Origin: an uncultured Gammaproteobacteria bacterium
GTDB lineage: Bacteria; Patescibacteriota; Microgenomatia; CAYGWK01
Direction of reading: 5' to 3'
Length of the DNA stretch: 64,000 bases
NCBI GenBank assembly: GCA_964353785.1
Contig: CAYGWK010000001.1
Coordinates: 26,982-90,981 of the forward strand
This document shows, piece after piece, positions 17,963 through 27,766 of this stretch (positions are counted from its first letter, which is position 1; every line of letters begins with the position of its first letter). The position numbers and the translations under genes are program-made. A model generated the notes under the pieces. It was not told the DNA's origin. It did not search any database and was given only the letters and a program-made list of their open reading frames with translations.

Positions 17963-19597
17963 ATGGCTAAACAACTTTTATATTCAGAAGAGGCCAGAGA
18001 AAAACTAAAGAAAGGCATCGATGCTGTTGCCCGAGCCGTGGGAACCACCCTTGGCCCGAAAGGTCGGAATATTGCTTTAGACAAAAAATGGGGTGCTCCC
18101 TCAGTGGTTCATGACGGCGTTTCTGTGGCTAAAGAGATTGAGCTTAAGGACCCATTCGAGAATATGGGAGCTCAATTAATTAGGGAGGCAGCTGATAAAA
18201 CTAATGACGCTACCGGTGATGGGACAACCACAGCTACCATTTTGACCCAGGCAATTGTTAATGAGGGAATCAAAAACATAACCGCTGGCGCCAATCCGAT
18301 GGTTCTTATTAAGGGAATTGAAAAGGCAGCCCAAAAGGTGGTTGAGTCAATTAAGAAACAAGCAAAACCGGTTAAAGGTGGTCAAGACATTACCCAAATA
18401 GCCACCATTTCTGCCGCTTCTCCGGAGATTGGTCAAAAAATTGCCGAGGCTTTGGAAAAGGTTGGCCGAGACGGGGTAGTGACGGTTGAAGAAGGTAAAG
18501 GTTTGACTTTGGAAATTGAATACAAAGAAGGAATGGAGTTTGATAATGGTTACGTCTCTCCCTATTTTGTTACCAACCCCGAGAAAATGGAGGCGGAAAT
18601 TGAAAACCCCTACATTTTAATTACTGATAAAAAGATTTCCGCTTTAGATGAATTTTTGCCTTTTTTGGAGAACTTTGTTAAAACTTCAAAAGACCTGGTG
18701 ATTGTGGCTGATGATTTAGAAGGTGAAGCGCTAGCAACTTTGGTGGTTAACAAACTTCGGGGAACAATAAATCTTTTAGCCGTTAAGGCTCCTGGTTTTG
18801 GGGACAGAAGAAAGGAAATGCTTGAAGATATTGCTATTTTAACTGGGGGAACGGTGATTTCTGAAGATACGGGCAGAAAATTTGAGTCAATTGAGATTTC
18901 TGATTTAGGTCAGGCTGATAAAGTCTGGAGCGATAAAGATAATTGCCGAATAATTGGCGGAAAAGGAAGCGAGTCTGCAATTAAAGGCAGAATTGGTCAG
19001 ATTAAAAAGCAAATTGAGAGCGAGACTTCGGATTTTGATAAAGAAAAACTTCAAGAGAGATTGGCGAAATTATCTGGCGGAGTGGCCCAAATTAATGTTG
19101 GAGCGGCGACCGAAGTTGAATTAAATGAAAAAAAAGAAAGAGTCAAAGATGCGGTTGAGGCAACCAAGGCGGCGATTGAAGAAGGAATTGTTCCTGGCGG
19201 CGGGGTAGTTTTATTTGAGGCGGCCAAAGAATTAGACCCAAAACTTCTAAAAGATGTTCCTGGAGAAGGAGACCAGGCAACTGGAGTTAAGGTTGTCAAA
19301 GAGGCTCTGTGGGCCCCAATTAAAAAATTAGCCGAGAATGCTGGAGTAAATGGTGACGTTGTCATTCAGGAAATTGAGAAAAAAGAAGCTGGCTTTGGTT
19401 TTGATGTTTTGGATGGTCAATATAAAGATATGGTTAAAGCGGGAATTATTGACCCAGCCAAAGTGACTCGAATTGCTCTTCAAAATGCAGTTTCGGTGGC
19501 GATAATGATTTTAACTACAGAGGGGTTGATTACCGATATTCCGGAAAAAGAAAAAGAAACTCCAGGAGCGGCTATGCCACCGGGAGGAGAATACTAG
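17963..19597 (+). CDS. groEL: Chaperonin GroEL
   Basis: [16 protein letters not shown] and [10 protein letters not shown] motifs. Confidence 0.99.
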   Translation: MAKQLLYSEEAREKLKKGIDAVARAVGTTLGPKGRNIALDKKWGAPSVVHDGVSVAKEIELKDPFENMGAQLIREAADKTNDATGDGTTTATILTQAIVNEGIKNITAGANPMVLIKGIEKAAQKVVESIKKQAKPVKGGQDITQIATISAASPEIGQKIAEALEKVGRDGVVTVEEGKGLTLEIEYKEGMEFDNGYVSPYFVTNPEKMEAEIENPYILITDKKISALDEFLPFLENFVKTSKDLVIVADDLEGEALATLVVNKLRGTINLLAVKAPGFGDRRKEMLEDIAILTGGTVISEDTGRKFESIEISDLGQADKVWSDKDNCRIIGGKGSESAIKGRIGQIKKQIESETSDFDKEKLQERLAKLSGGVAQINVGAATEVELNEKKERVKDAVEATKAAIEEGIVPGGGVVLFEAAKELDPKLLKDVPGEGDQATGVKVVKEALWAPIKKLAENAGVNGDVVIQEIEKKEAGFGFDVLDGQYKDMVKAGIIDPAKVTRIALQNAVSVAIMILTTEGLITDIPEKEKETPGAAMPPGGEY

Positions 19598-19629
19598 TTA
19601 CCAATTTCTAATTTCTAATTACTAATGAT

Positions 19630-19651
19630 TCCGCCAAAGGGCGGATTTTTT
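19630..19651 (+). terminator. Intrinsic terminator after groEL
   Basis: TCCGCC-AAAG-GGCGGA-TTTTTT. Confidence 0.8.
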
Positions 19652-19687
19652 AGTTTTTCTCCTGATGAGATTTGATAAAATTAGTTT

Positions 19688-20254
19688 GTGGAATTTAGAC
19701 AATTTCAAAATAAACTTCGAAAATGCTGGATTTGTAAAGAAGTAGTCGGTCCACCCTTAGTTTGGGGGGATAAAGAAGCAAAGATTGTTCATATTGGTCA
19801 GGCACCTTCAAGGCTAGCAATTACCAGCCAGAAACCTTATTCTGATAAAAGTGGCGAGAGGTTACGGCGTAAATGGTACCAGATTTCTGATAGAGTATTT
19901 TATAATCCAAAGAATTTCTATATTACTGCTATTGCCCACTGTTTTCCGGGAAAAGATAAGAAAGGAGCAGATAAAAAGGCGCCGTTGGTTTGCGCCAAAA
20001 CTTGGCTTTTAAAAGAAATTTCCTTTTTAAAACCAAAACTTTTTCTTATCGTAGGTAAACAAGCAGCTGAATTTTTGTTTCCTGGCAAAAGTTATCAGAA
20101 ATTGATTTTTCAGGACCAAATCTTAAATGGAATCAAATGTTTGGTTTTACCGCATCCTTCACCAGCGAATATTACCTGGTTTAAAGATAATCCTGATTTT
20201 GAGAAAAAGCGATTATCCCAGATTCGAAAAATAATTCATAAGGTTTTATTTTGA
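19688..20254 (+). CDS. Uracil-DNA glycosylase superfamily protein
   Basis: IGQAP, CFPG and LPHPSP motifs. Confidence 0.85.
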   Translation: MEFRQFQNKLRKCWICKEVVGPPLVWGDKEAKIVHIGQAPSRLAITSQKPYSDKSGERLRRKWYQISDRVFYNPKNFYITAIAHCFPGKDKKGADKKAPLVCAKTWLLKEISFLKPKLFLIVGKQAAEFLFPGKSYQKLIFQDQILNGIKCLVLPHPSPANITWFKDNPDFEKKRLSQIRKIIHKVLF

Positions 20255-20291
20255 TTTTATGATATAATTCCCCCAACTGCCCCAAAGGCAG
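20255..20291 (+). repeat. Promoter-containing direct repeat, copy 1
   Basis: TTTTATGATATAATTCCCCCAACTGCCCCAAAGGCAG. Confidence 0.95.
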
Positions 20292-20297
20292 GTTTTT

Positions 20298-21059
20298 ATG
20301 AGAGAAAGAATAAAAATTGATTGCCATGTTCACTCTCGGTTTTCGGTAAAAGATTCTGTTGCTCCAGTTTGGCAGATTGAGGAGGAGAGACAAAGAAAGG
20401 CTTTAGATTGTGTAGCGGTAGTTGACCACGACACTATTGCTGAAACAGCACGAGATCTTAAAGAAACTTCTGGATTTCCCTTTATTTTAGGTGAAGAAAT
20501 ATTGACTTCAGATAAAAACAGCCGTGGTAAAAGAATTGAGATTATTGGGTTATTTCTCCAAGAGCCGATTGAGGCAGGCAAGACAATAGAAGAAACTATT
20601 TATCGAATTGATGCCCAAAAGGGAATTGTGGTTATTCCTCATCCTTTTGAAGAGTGGAGACATGGTGCCGGTGGGCCAGTCAGCCGAGTAATTATCACCA
20701 AATGTCAAGAAGATAGAATTCCAGTGGCAGTTGAAGTTTTTAACGCCCGAGCCGGGAAGAATGATAACTTTTTAGCAGAAGTCCTTTGGCTAGAATTTAA
20801 GACTAATGGTGTTTTAGCTACTGCCGGGAGCGATGCCCATAGAATTCCAGAAATAGGACGGGGATGTGTAGAAATACCACCATTCCAAACAAAAGAAGAA
20901 TTCTTAGAAGCCTTAACGCAAGCAAGAATTCATGGAGAAATCAATTCTCTCGGAACAGTCTATCATCGCTTAATGAATAGAATAGAAGTTGCCATAGGTT
21001 CTTCTTTTCAAGACTTAGGGAAACTAGTCCTGGAACAAGTAAGTAACGGTAGCCGCTAA
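20298..21059 (+). CDS. PHP-domain phosphoesterase
   Basis: DCHVHS, DHD, HPF and GSDAH metal-binding motifs. Confidence 0.9.
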   Translation: MRERIKIDCHVHSRFSVKDSVAPVWQIEEERQRKALDCVAVVDHDTIAETARDLKETSGFPFILGEEILTSDKNSRGKRIEIIGLFLQEPIEAGKTIEETIYRIDAQKGIVVIPHPFEEWRHGAGGPVSRVIITKCQEDRIPVAVEVFNARAGKNDNFLAEVLWLEFKTNGVLATAGSDAHRIPEIGRGCVEIPPFQTKEEFLEALTQARIHGEINSLGTVYHRLMNRIEVAIGSSFQDLGKLVLEQVSNGSR

Positions 21060-21070
21060 ATATTTATCCT

Positions 21071-21107
21071 TTTTATGATATAATTCCCCCAACTGTCCCA
21101 AAGGCAG
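21071..21107 (+). repeat. Promoter-containing direct repeat, copy 2
   Basis: 36/37 identical to copy 1. Confidence 0.95.
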
Positions 21108-21116
21108 TTTTATTTT

Positions 21117-21857
21117 ATGGTAGTTGCTCAAGAATTAGATAACCGGCAAATTGAGACTTTGGGAGGTCCGGTAGGCTTAAGTCCAAAATTAATTGAAATT
21201 ATTCCATTCTTGGGGAGGGAGCTTACCCCCCGAGAAATTGGAGAAATTTTGGATTATCCAAAGAGTACAGTTAAAGGTAGACTGCATTGTCTTTACTTAA
21301 AATTTGGAATTACTAGGCCCGACCAAAAATCAAAACTTCTAGATACCATTAGACAAAGAGGATACTTTCAAGAAGAAAAACCTTCCAGACGAATTGAAAT
21401 TTTAAGATTATTAGGACATGGTTTGACAGATAAAAAAATTGCAGAGAATCTGAGAATTAGCCCCGAAACCGTTAAAAACCACCTTGCTACAATATTTCAA
21501 TCTTTTGAGGCACAAGATAGAACCCAAGCAGTTTTAAAAGCAATCGATCTTGGAATTTTAACATTAGAAGAGTTAATCGCCGGTTATGACTTAGATCGCT
21601 ACTTTTTGCTTTCTTTCCGAGAAGAAGATGTCCTTGCTGACATCGCAAATCCTGAAAATACCCCAGGAAATAAGGGAATTGCCAGACGTTTAGGTATTTC
21701 CTTCAAGACAGTTAAAAATCATATTGCTAATATTTTGGGCAAGCTAAATTTGTCAAACCGTACTCAGGCAGCAGTATTTTACTTGGTAGCAAAAGAAAAA
21801 GGTTTAGTTACTTCTTCGGTAAAACCTCAAGGGGGGAGTTCCGCTTTTATGATATAA
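21117..21857 (+). CDS. Protein with three LuxR-type HTH domains
   Basis: EIGEILDYPKSTVK, IAENLRISPETVKNH and IARRLGISFKTVKNH. Confidence 0.85.
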   Translation: MVVAQELDNRQIETLGGPVGLSPKLIEIIPFLGRELTPREIGEILDYPKSTVKGRLHCLYLKFGITRPDQKSKLLDTIRQRGYFQEEKPSRRIEILRLLGHGLTDKKIAENLRISPETVKNHLATIFQSFEAQDRTQAVLKAIDLGILTLEELIAGYDLDRYFLLSFREEDVLADIANPENTPGNKGIARRLGISFKTVKNHIANILGKLNLSNRTQAAVFYLVAKEKGLVTSSVKPQGGSSAFMI

Positions 21858-21870
21858 TTCCCCCAACTGT
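21845..21870 (+). repeat. Promoter-containing direct repeat, copy 3
   Basis: TTTTATGATATAATTCCCCCAACTGT; contains the stop codon of the upstream gene. Confidence 0.95.
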
Positions 21871-21886
21871 TTACCTTGAACCGATT

Positions 21887-22249
21887 ATGTCACCAGAGAG
21901 AGCACGAATTTTTATTGCTGAAGACGAAGAAGAAGTGATAAAGATTATTGAGAGGGTGTTAATACCCGAAGGACATCAAGTTTTAATTAGAGCGACATCA
22001 TTTGAGAGCGCGATAAACGTGATTGAAGAAGCCAAGGAAAAAGGAATTAATGTTGCCTTAATTGATGGGTCTTTGTCTGGAGGACAACCAGATTATACCC
22101 ATGGTTTAAGAATTTCCCAGGCCCTTAAAGCGGCAATTCCTGGAATTAAAATTATTTCCATCTCCGGCCGAGAGGTGAATTGGGCCGATGCCAGTTGCTA
22201 CAAACCTTTTCGTCTTAATGAATTAAAAGAGAAGGTTCGAGGAATTTAA
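21887..22249 (+). CDS. Stand-alone response-regulator receiver domain
   Basis: IFIAEDE..ALID..ISIS..KPF. Confidence 0.85.
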   Translation: MSPERARIFIAEDEEEVIKIIERVLIPEGHQVLIRATSFESAINVIEEAKEKGINVALIDGSLSGGQPDYTHGLRISQALKAAIPGIKIISISGREVNWADASCYKPFRLNELKEKVRGI

Positions 22250-22251
22250 TT

Positions 22252-22920
22252 TTACTTAACTGGTAAAATTGTTAATGGATTAATATGGCGGTCGTTGTCT
22301 AAAACTTCTAAGTGTAAATGGTCGCCAAAAGCCATGCCGCTGGTACCAACTCTTCCAATAACTTGGTCAATTTTAACTTCATCACCAGCAGAAACCTCAA
22401 TTCTTGAGAGGTGGGCGTAGACGGATTTTAGACCCGAACCATGATTTATAATAATATGGTTTCCTAAAGCAAAACGGTCAAAAATAACCGCCTCAACCTT
22501 CCCTTCGGTAATTGGATAAACAGGGTCGCCAGTTAAACCATCAAAATCTAAGGCCGGATGGAAAAGGTGAAAACCTTGGGTAATTTTTACCTCCTCAAGA
22601 GGAAAACGAAAACCAGCTTTAGTGGTCAGCTCGACCACTCCTGGAGAAAGAGCAGTGACTTCGGTTTCGGAAATGGTTGAAAGAGCGGAAACTTGGGGCG
22701 AAAAAATTGAGGCCGTTAAAACCAAAAGAGCCAAATTTCCCCCCAAAATAGTTTTAATTTTTCTTTTTTCAAAAAGATAGCGGAAGACCCGAGAGAATCG
22801 GGAACCAGAACGGGCGCTTTTTAGAGTCTCCAAAAGCCCTTTTTCCCCACGAAAATTTCTCCGCTTGGTCAGGGTGATTTTTAAGCGGCGGGAAGGAAAA
22901 TTTAAAGAAAAAGATAACAT
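22252..22920 (-). CDS. M23-family metallopeptidase
   Basis: HPALD, YAHL and HLHLE motifs; start uncertain (ATG 22920 or TTG 22959). Confidence 0.9.
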   Translation of the reverse strand: MLSFSLNFPSRRLKITLTKRRNFRGEKGLLETLKSARSGSRFSRVFRYLFEKRKIKTILGGNLALLVLTASIFSPQVSALSTISETEVTALSPGVVELTTKAGFRFPLEEVKITQGFHLFHPALDFDGLTGDPVYPITEGKVEAVIFDRFALGNHIIINHGSGLKSVYAHLSRIEVSAGDEVKIDQVIGRVGTSGMAFGDHLHLEVLDNDRHINPLTILPVK

Positions 22921-22995
22921 AACAATAAAAAAATCTCTGTTTTGGACAGAGACAGACAAAAAAATTCTCCGAGTTTCCTTGGAGAATTAAAACGA

Positions 22996-23024
22996 ATTAT
23001 ATCAGAAAAAAAGGCTTTTGTCAA
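22996..23024 (-). promoter_or_regulatory. Consensus sigma70 promoter for the M23 gene
   Basis: TTGACA-17-TATAAT with TGn extension on the minus strand. Confidence 0.75.
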
Positions 23025-23076
23025 GTTTTGAGAAAGAGGTTGATTTTTCCCGAGCCTCCTGGTAGAATACTCTTGC

Positions 23077-23151
23077 GACCTGGTGGCTGAGTGGCTCAAG
23101 CATCGGTCTGCAAAACCGATTACGGGGGTTCAATTCCCCCCCAGGTCTCCA
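23077..23151 (+). tRNA. tRNA-Cys(GCA)
   Basis: Acceptor GACCTGG/CCAGGTC, anticodon arm TCGGT-CTGCAAA-ACCGA, GGTTCAATT T-loop, U73 and encoded CCA. Confidence 0.95.
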
Positions 23152-24026
23152 TGAAACAATATATTCTACCCGGAATTGTTGGTATTTTAATTCTTCTGGT
23201 GATTGGGGCAATTATTAAAGGAGTTTTCTTTAAGCCTGCTAACGCCGCCTTAAAAATAGACTCTATCCCCCAAGCAACGATTTTTTTGGACGGAAAAAAT
23301 CTGGGCAAAACCCCATATGAAGAAGAAAAACTTTCTCCAGGAGAAAAAACCTTAAAACTTGTGCCCGAAGGAGGAACTTTTTATCCCTGGGAGGTAAAAA
23401 TAAAACTTACCAGTATGGCCATGACCGTGGTTAAAAGAGAATTTGGGGAAACTGAAGGAAAATCAAGCGGGGAGACAATCACCTTAGAAAAAATTGCTGA
23501 TAAAAAAACCTCCTCGCTTTCAGTCATTTCTATTCCTGATTCAAGCATGGTTAAAGTAAATGGCGAAGACCGCGGTTTTACTCCAGTTTCTTTGGATAAA
23601 CTTTCCGAGGGTGAAATCTCAATTTCTCTCTCTGCTTCTGGTTTTAAGGAAAAAACAGTTAGAACTAAACTTACCCTTGGTTTTAAGACCAATGTTTCTC
23701 TCAAGTTAGCCGAAAGTGAAGAAGGAGAAGAACTGACTGGCACCCCAACCCCAACCGGAACAGTGACCCCAACCCCAAAGCTTACTCCAAAACCAACTGG
23801 TCCAACTGCCACCCCACCACCAAGACCCTATATTGAAATTAAAGAAACTCCAACTGGCTGGCTAAGAGTCCGACTTGAACCCTCAACCACGGCCACTGAA
23901 GCAGCCAAGGTTTATCCTGGAGAAATGTATTCTCTTTTGGATGAGGAGTCTGGTTGGTATAAAATTGAGTATCAGAAAGGAAAAGATGGTTGGGTTTCGG
24001 GTCAGTATGCGGAGAAGTATAAATAA
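23151..24026 (+). CDS. PEGA-domain plus SH3-like exported protein
   Basis: TM helix, two PEGA-like repeats (LGKTP, RGFTP), PT linker, C-terminal LRVR..WYKI..GWVS. Confidence 0.8.
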   Translation: MKQYILPGIVGILILLVIGAIIKGVFFKPANAALKIDSIPQATIFLDGKNLGKTPYEEEKLSPGEKTLKLVPEGGTFYPWEVKIKLTSMAMTVVKREFGETEGKSSGETITLEKIADKKTSSLSVISIPDSSMVKVNGEDRGFTPVSLDKLSEGEISISLSASGFKEKTVRTKLTLGFKTNVSLKLAESEEGEELTGTPTPTGTVTPTPKLTPKPTGPTATPPPRPYIEIKETPTGWLRVRLEPSTTATEAAKVYPGEMYSLLDEESGWYKIEYQKGKDGWVSGQYAEKYK

Positions 24027-24029
24027 TTG

Positions 24030-24959
24030 TTAAGGGCTTAAGCCATAAAGAATTAAAACTACTAGAATTCCCCAAATTATAACCGCAGACAAAAGAGGTC
24101 TGTCAGAAAGAAGAACTCTTTCCGGTGCTTCCGCCCTTTCTCCCTCATAAATAATTTTCAAATATCTCATTACTCCATAGATAACAATTGGAATGGTTAC
24201 CATGAGCCACTTGCCAATTCCGGCAAAAGTGAGGGGAAAATAGGCCAAAATTGGAAGAGGATGAATAGAAAGAGGGGGTTCAAAAAAGGTAAAAAGAGCC
24301 CAGGAAAGCCAGGTTGAGGAGGCAAAAATAGACAAATAATCATCAAGCAAAGCGGGAGAATAAAGAGCTAGGGTTTTTCGGTGAGAAGAGGCAGTCTCGG
24401 CAAGAATCGCCATTTCTGCTCTTCTTTTACCAACTGCCAAAAAAAGGGCCAGAGAAATAACGCAAAGCAAAAACCAAACCGAAAGATGAACCCCAATAAC
24501 GACCGCTCCGGCATAAACCCTAAGAATAAAAGACCCAGCAATCAGCAAAACATCTAAAATAACCACATTTTTAAGAAAAAAGGAATAGATTATCTGAAGG
24601 GCGAGGTAGGAAACTAAAACTAGGAAAAAGAAAAATGAGAAAAAAATTCCCAAATAAAGACTTAAGAAAATTCCCAAAATAGAAATGAAAAAAGCCAAGG
24701 GAATTGGAAGGCTGCCTTTGGCAATTGGCCGGAAGCGCTTGAACGGATGGAGGCGGTCTTGGCTAAGATCGGCAATGTCATTTAAAAGATAGCAAGAAGA
24801 GGTAAGGATAGTGAAGACAATGGTGGCAAAAAAGACAGTTTGAAATTTCTCAAAGTCAAAAAGGTTTCCCGAGAAAACTAAAGCGGCAAAAAGAGAGAGA
24901 TTTTTTAGCCACTGTCTTGGTCTTGTCGATCGTGCCAGGTTTTCAAGTAAGTTAGCCAC
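24030..24959 (-). CDS. UbiA-family polyprenyl-phosphate phosphoribosyltransferase-like protein
   Basis: RPRQWLKN, NDIAD..DRLHP.KR.RPIA and KRRAE; GTG start inferred. Confidence 0.85.
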   Translation of the reverse strand: MANLLENLARSTRPRQWLKNLSLFAALVFSGNLFDFEKFQTVFFATIVFTILTSSCYLLNDIADLSQDRLHPFKRFRPIAKGSLPIPLAFFISILGIFLSLYLGIFFSFFFFLVLVSYLALQIIYSFFLKNVVILDVLLIAGSFILRVYAGAVVIGVHLSVWFLLCVISLALFLAVGKRRAEMAILAETASSHRKTLALYSPALLDDYLSIFASSTWLSWALFTFFEPPLSIHPLPILAYFPLTFAGIGKWLMVTIPIVIYGVMRYLKIIYEGERAEAPERVLLSDRPLLSAVIIWGILVVLILYGLSP

Positions 24960-26005
24960 AAAAGTAAACCTCCAATTAAAACTCCAACCATGACTATTGT
25001 ATAAAATTTTTGTTTTGAGTTCAAATTCAAGGCAAGAATTCCTAAAATTGCGGTTACCAACCAATAGAAAGCGGCTACCTTTCGTTTACTTAAGCCCAAA
25101 TCTAAAAGCCGGTGGTGAAGATGACCTCGGTCTCCCCAAAAGGGAGATTGGCCTTGGGCAAGTCGGCGGATAATGGTATATAAGCCGTCGGTTAGAGGAA
25201 GACCTAAAACTAAAATGGCGGTGGCAACCTTAGCCCCAGAAAGAATCGAAAGAGTCGCCAATAAAAATCCAGCCAGAGTCGCTCCTCCATAGCCAGGCAT
25301 AATTTTTTGGGGAAAGAGATGAAATGGCAAAAATCCTAAGTATGCTCCGGCGGTTGTGGCCGCTAAAATGGCCACATTCCACTGGGTAATATCTTCGGTA
25401 AAGCGAAAAGACAAGAGAGCGATGGTTATGGCGGCAATCGGCACCATCCCCGAAAGTTGACCATCTAAACCCGATGACCAGTTGACCATATTCATACACC
25501 AAACAATCCAAAAAAGAGCAAAAAGACAAGATAAAACCCAAATACTTCTTAACTCTCCAAAAAGTTCAAAATAAATTCGCGGTTGAGAAAGATCAATTAT
25601 GCCACCAAAAGGGTTGGTGATAAAGGCGATGCCAATTCCGGCGCCGACTACAAGGGCAGCAGATAAAAATCCAGTAAAAAGCCGCAAAATTGGGTGGAGG
25701 TCGTATTTATCATCCAATGTTCCAATGATAACCGCTAAAGTTGCCCCAGATAAGATTCCCACCAGGTGTTTATCAAGTTTTAAGAAAAGAAGCGAGGTTA
25801 AAAGAAGGGCGACTAGAATCGGTATTCCTCCGCCCCGGGGAACAGGATAGGTGTGAATAATTTTCGGATGCTTTCTTTTTTGGGGATATTCAACCAGTCC
25901 TGTCTTCCAGGCAGCCTTGATAACTAAAGGCGTAGAAAGAAAGGAAATTAAAAATGAGACAATCAAGGGCAAAAAGAAAATTTGCCAAATAAGCAAAAAG
26001 TTCAT
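24905..26005 (-). CDS. MraY/WecA/TagO-family polyprenyl-phosphate sugar-1-phosphate transferase
   Basis: PRGGG, LDDK, GLDG and DRGHLHHRL motifs. Confidence 0.9.
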   Translation of the reverse strand: MNFLLIWQIFFLPLIVSFLISFLSTPLVIKAAWKTGLVEYPQKRKHPKIIHTYPVPRGGGIPILVALLLTSLLFLKLDKHLVGILSGATLAVIIGTLDDKYDLHPILRLFTGFLSAALVVGAGIGIAFITNPFGGIIDLSQPRIYFELFGELRSIWVLSCLFALFWIVWCMNMVNWSSGLDGQLSGMVPIAAITIALLSFRFTEDITQWNVAILAATTAGAYLGFLPFHLFPQKIMPGYGGATLAGFLLATLSILSGAKVATAILVLGLPLTDGLYTIIRRLAQGQSPFWGDRGHLHHRLLDLGLSKRKVAAFYWLVTAILGILALNLNSKQKFYTIVMVGVLIGGLLLWLTYLKTWHDRQDQDSG

Positions 26006-26006
26006 C

Positions 26007-26336
26007 TTAGATTGCTAAAGTTATGATTTTTAAAAGGGTCAAAAAAGAAAGAAAAGAAAAAAGAACTATCCCTGTATTGATTATTCTCAAAAGAAGACTC
26101 TCAAGACTGTAGAATTTGCCAATCAGGGTAGCGCCAAGGTAAAAGAGAAAGGAGGTTCCGGGCAAAATTAAAAGCTCAAGAGGTTTTCCTAATTGTTCTT
26201 CGCCCCAAGGACGGGAATAAAAAAAAGGAACTTGAGGGGGAAGTTTTCCCCAAAAGAGAATTAAAAGGAAGAAAGAGGTGATAATAAAAAAAAGAGTGGT
26301 TGTCTTTCCAAAACGAGTAAGTTTATCCTGCTCCAT
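26007..26336 (-). CDS. Small membrane protein (DUF1648-like)
   Basis: 3 TM segments, LPPQVP..YS.PWG. Confidence 0.6.
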   Translation of the reverse strand: MEQDKLTRFGKTTTLFFIITSFFLLILFWGKLPPQVPFFYSRPWGEEQLGKPLELLILPGTSFLFYLGATLIGKFYSLESLLLRIINTGIVLFSFLSFLTLLKIITLAI

Positions 26337-26347
26337 ACCTTGTTAAA

Positions 26348-27766
26348 TTATATCATTTTCAAGGAGGACAGGCGGAAAATTTTGGCACCATCGATAATTT
26401 TGAAGAGGGAATAATCTCTGGCCAAAATTTCCCGGAGTTTGGGAAAAGGTTTTGTCTCATCCTGAAGGTCAATGATAAAGCGAGGTTTTTCTTTTCCTAA
26501 AACCGAAGCAGTTTCTCCAAATCCGCCAAAATCGATAATATGATAGGCGACAGTGTAGCGACCAACTGGAAGGCGCCGAGATAAAGCGTAAATACAAGGA
26601 GAATCTCCCCAAATAAAGACTTTTTCATTTTTCTGGGTGTGGAGGGTGAGAAATTGAGCTAGTTGGTAGTCTCTTCCCACCTTTTGACCAAAGTAGGAAA
26701 AATATTTTTCTTGGGAATATCTTTTTGTGGCAAAAAGGAGGAAATTTTTATATGGGGAGAAAGGAGAATAAATCCAAAATCGAAAATAGAAAAGAGCCAG
26801 GAGGAAAATTGCCAAAGAGGCGGAGAGGAAAAGATGCTCTTTTGTTTTTAATTTTGAAAAGAAAAAGGCTAAAAGAAGACAAAGCGAAGGAAGACTCTGG
26901 ACCAGATAATGAGGATAGGGCCTGCCAGAAAGGGTAGCCCCAAAAAGAGAAAAAGCAAACCAAACGAGAACAAAAAGAAGGGAATTTCCTATTTCTTTTC
27001 GTTTCCATAAGGCGAGACCAACAAAGAAAACCAAGAGACCAAATCTTAGCCGAGGACTATTGCCCCAGGAAGAAAGATAAGGAAGATTTTGGAAAAAAGC
27101 AGCGGTTAAATACTGGCTTAGGGCGCCTTGGCTTAAGAAGTAGGCAAAACTTGCTAAAATGGGCAGAAGAAAACCAAGAAGCAGGAATGTAGAATTGAGA
27201 ATGTATAATTTGAATTTTTTGCGGTTAGTTAGGAAAAATACTAGAAAGACCAAAACGGCGGCAAAATCAAAAATAGCTGGTACCTTAAAAAGGGTGGCCA
27301 AGGAGAAAAAAATTCCAGCTGAAAAAAAGACCCATTTAGATTGTTTTTCTCCGCAAAATATCCGCAGGATTCCCGCAATAGTGAAAAGGATCAGAAAAAC
27401 TTCGGCATTAGCCACTCCGCCTTCAAATAAAGGTATTGAGGAAAAAAAGACAAAAGACAAAGTTGAGATTTTGATAAGTTTTTCTTCTTTTTGGAAAAAA
27501 ATCTGGGCCAGTTTATAAAATAGAAAAATGGTTGCCAGTCCCCAAAATAAAAGAAGTGCCCTAAACCAAAAAAGATTACCCGATAAGGCGGCTAAAAGAT
27601 AAAGAAGAGGAGGTTTGTTATCGTGGATTTGGCGATAAAGGACAAGACCCTGTTGAACAGCCTGACCTAAGGTAAGATAAATACACTCATCGCCATAAGA
27701 ATAAGGCTCAAAAAGAGAAGGGAGGCGTAAGAGAAAAGCCAACCCCAGTCCCAAGATTAGCCACAT
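26348..27766 (-). CDS. GT-C fold glycosyltransferase (ArnT/PMT-like)
   Basis: DE acidic pair after first TM, DNKPPL motif, polytopic. Confidence 0.8.
   Translation of the reverse strand: MWLILGLGLAFLLRLPSLFEPYSYGDECIYLTLGQAVQQGLVLYRQIHDNKPPLLYLLAALSGNLFWFRALLLFWGLATIFLFYKLAQIFFQKEEKLIKISTLSFVFFSSIPLFEGGVANAEVFLILFTIAGILRIFCGEKQSKWVFFSAGIFFSLATLFKVPAIFDFAAVLVFLVFFLTNRKKFKLYILNSTFLLLGFLLPILASFAYFLSQGALSQYLTAAFFQNLPYLSSWGNSPRLRFGLLVFFVGLALWKRKEIGNSLLFVLVWFAFSLFGATLSGRPYPHYLVQSLPSLCLLLAFFFSKLKTKEHLFLSASLAIFLLALFYFRFWIYSPFSPYKNFLLFATKRYSQEKYFSYFGQKVGRDYQLAQFLTLHTQKNEKVFIWGDSPCIYALSRRLPVGRYTVAYHIIDFGGFGETASVLGKEKPRFIIDLQDETKPFPKLREILARDYSLFKIIDGAKIFRLSSLKMI

Noticed and set aside
20255-21870. CRISPR array from the 25-37 bp repeats
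   Set aside because: The spacers are ~750-800 bp whole genes, and there are no cas genes in the window.
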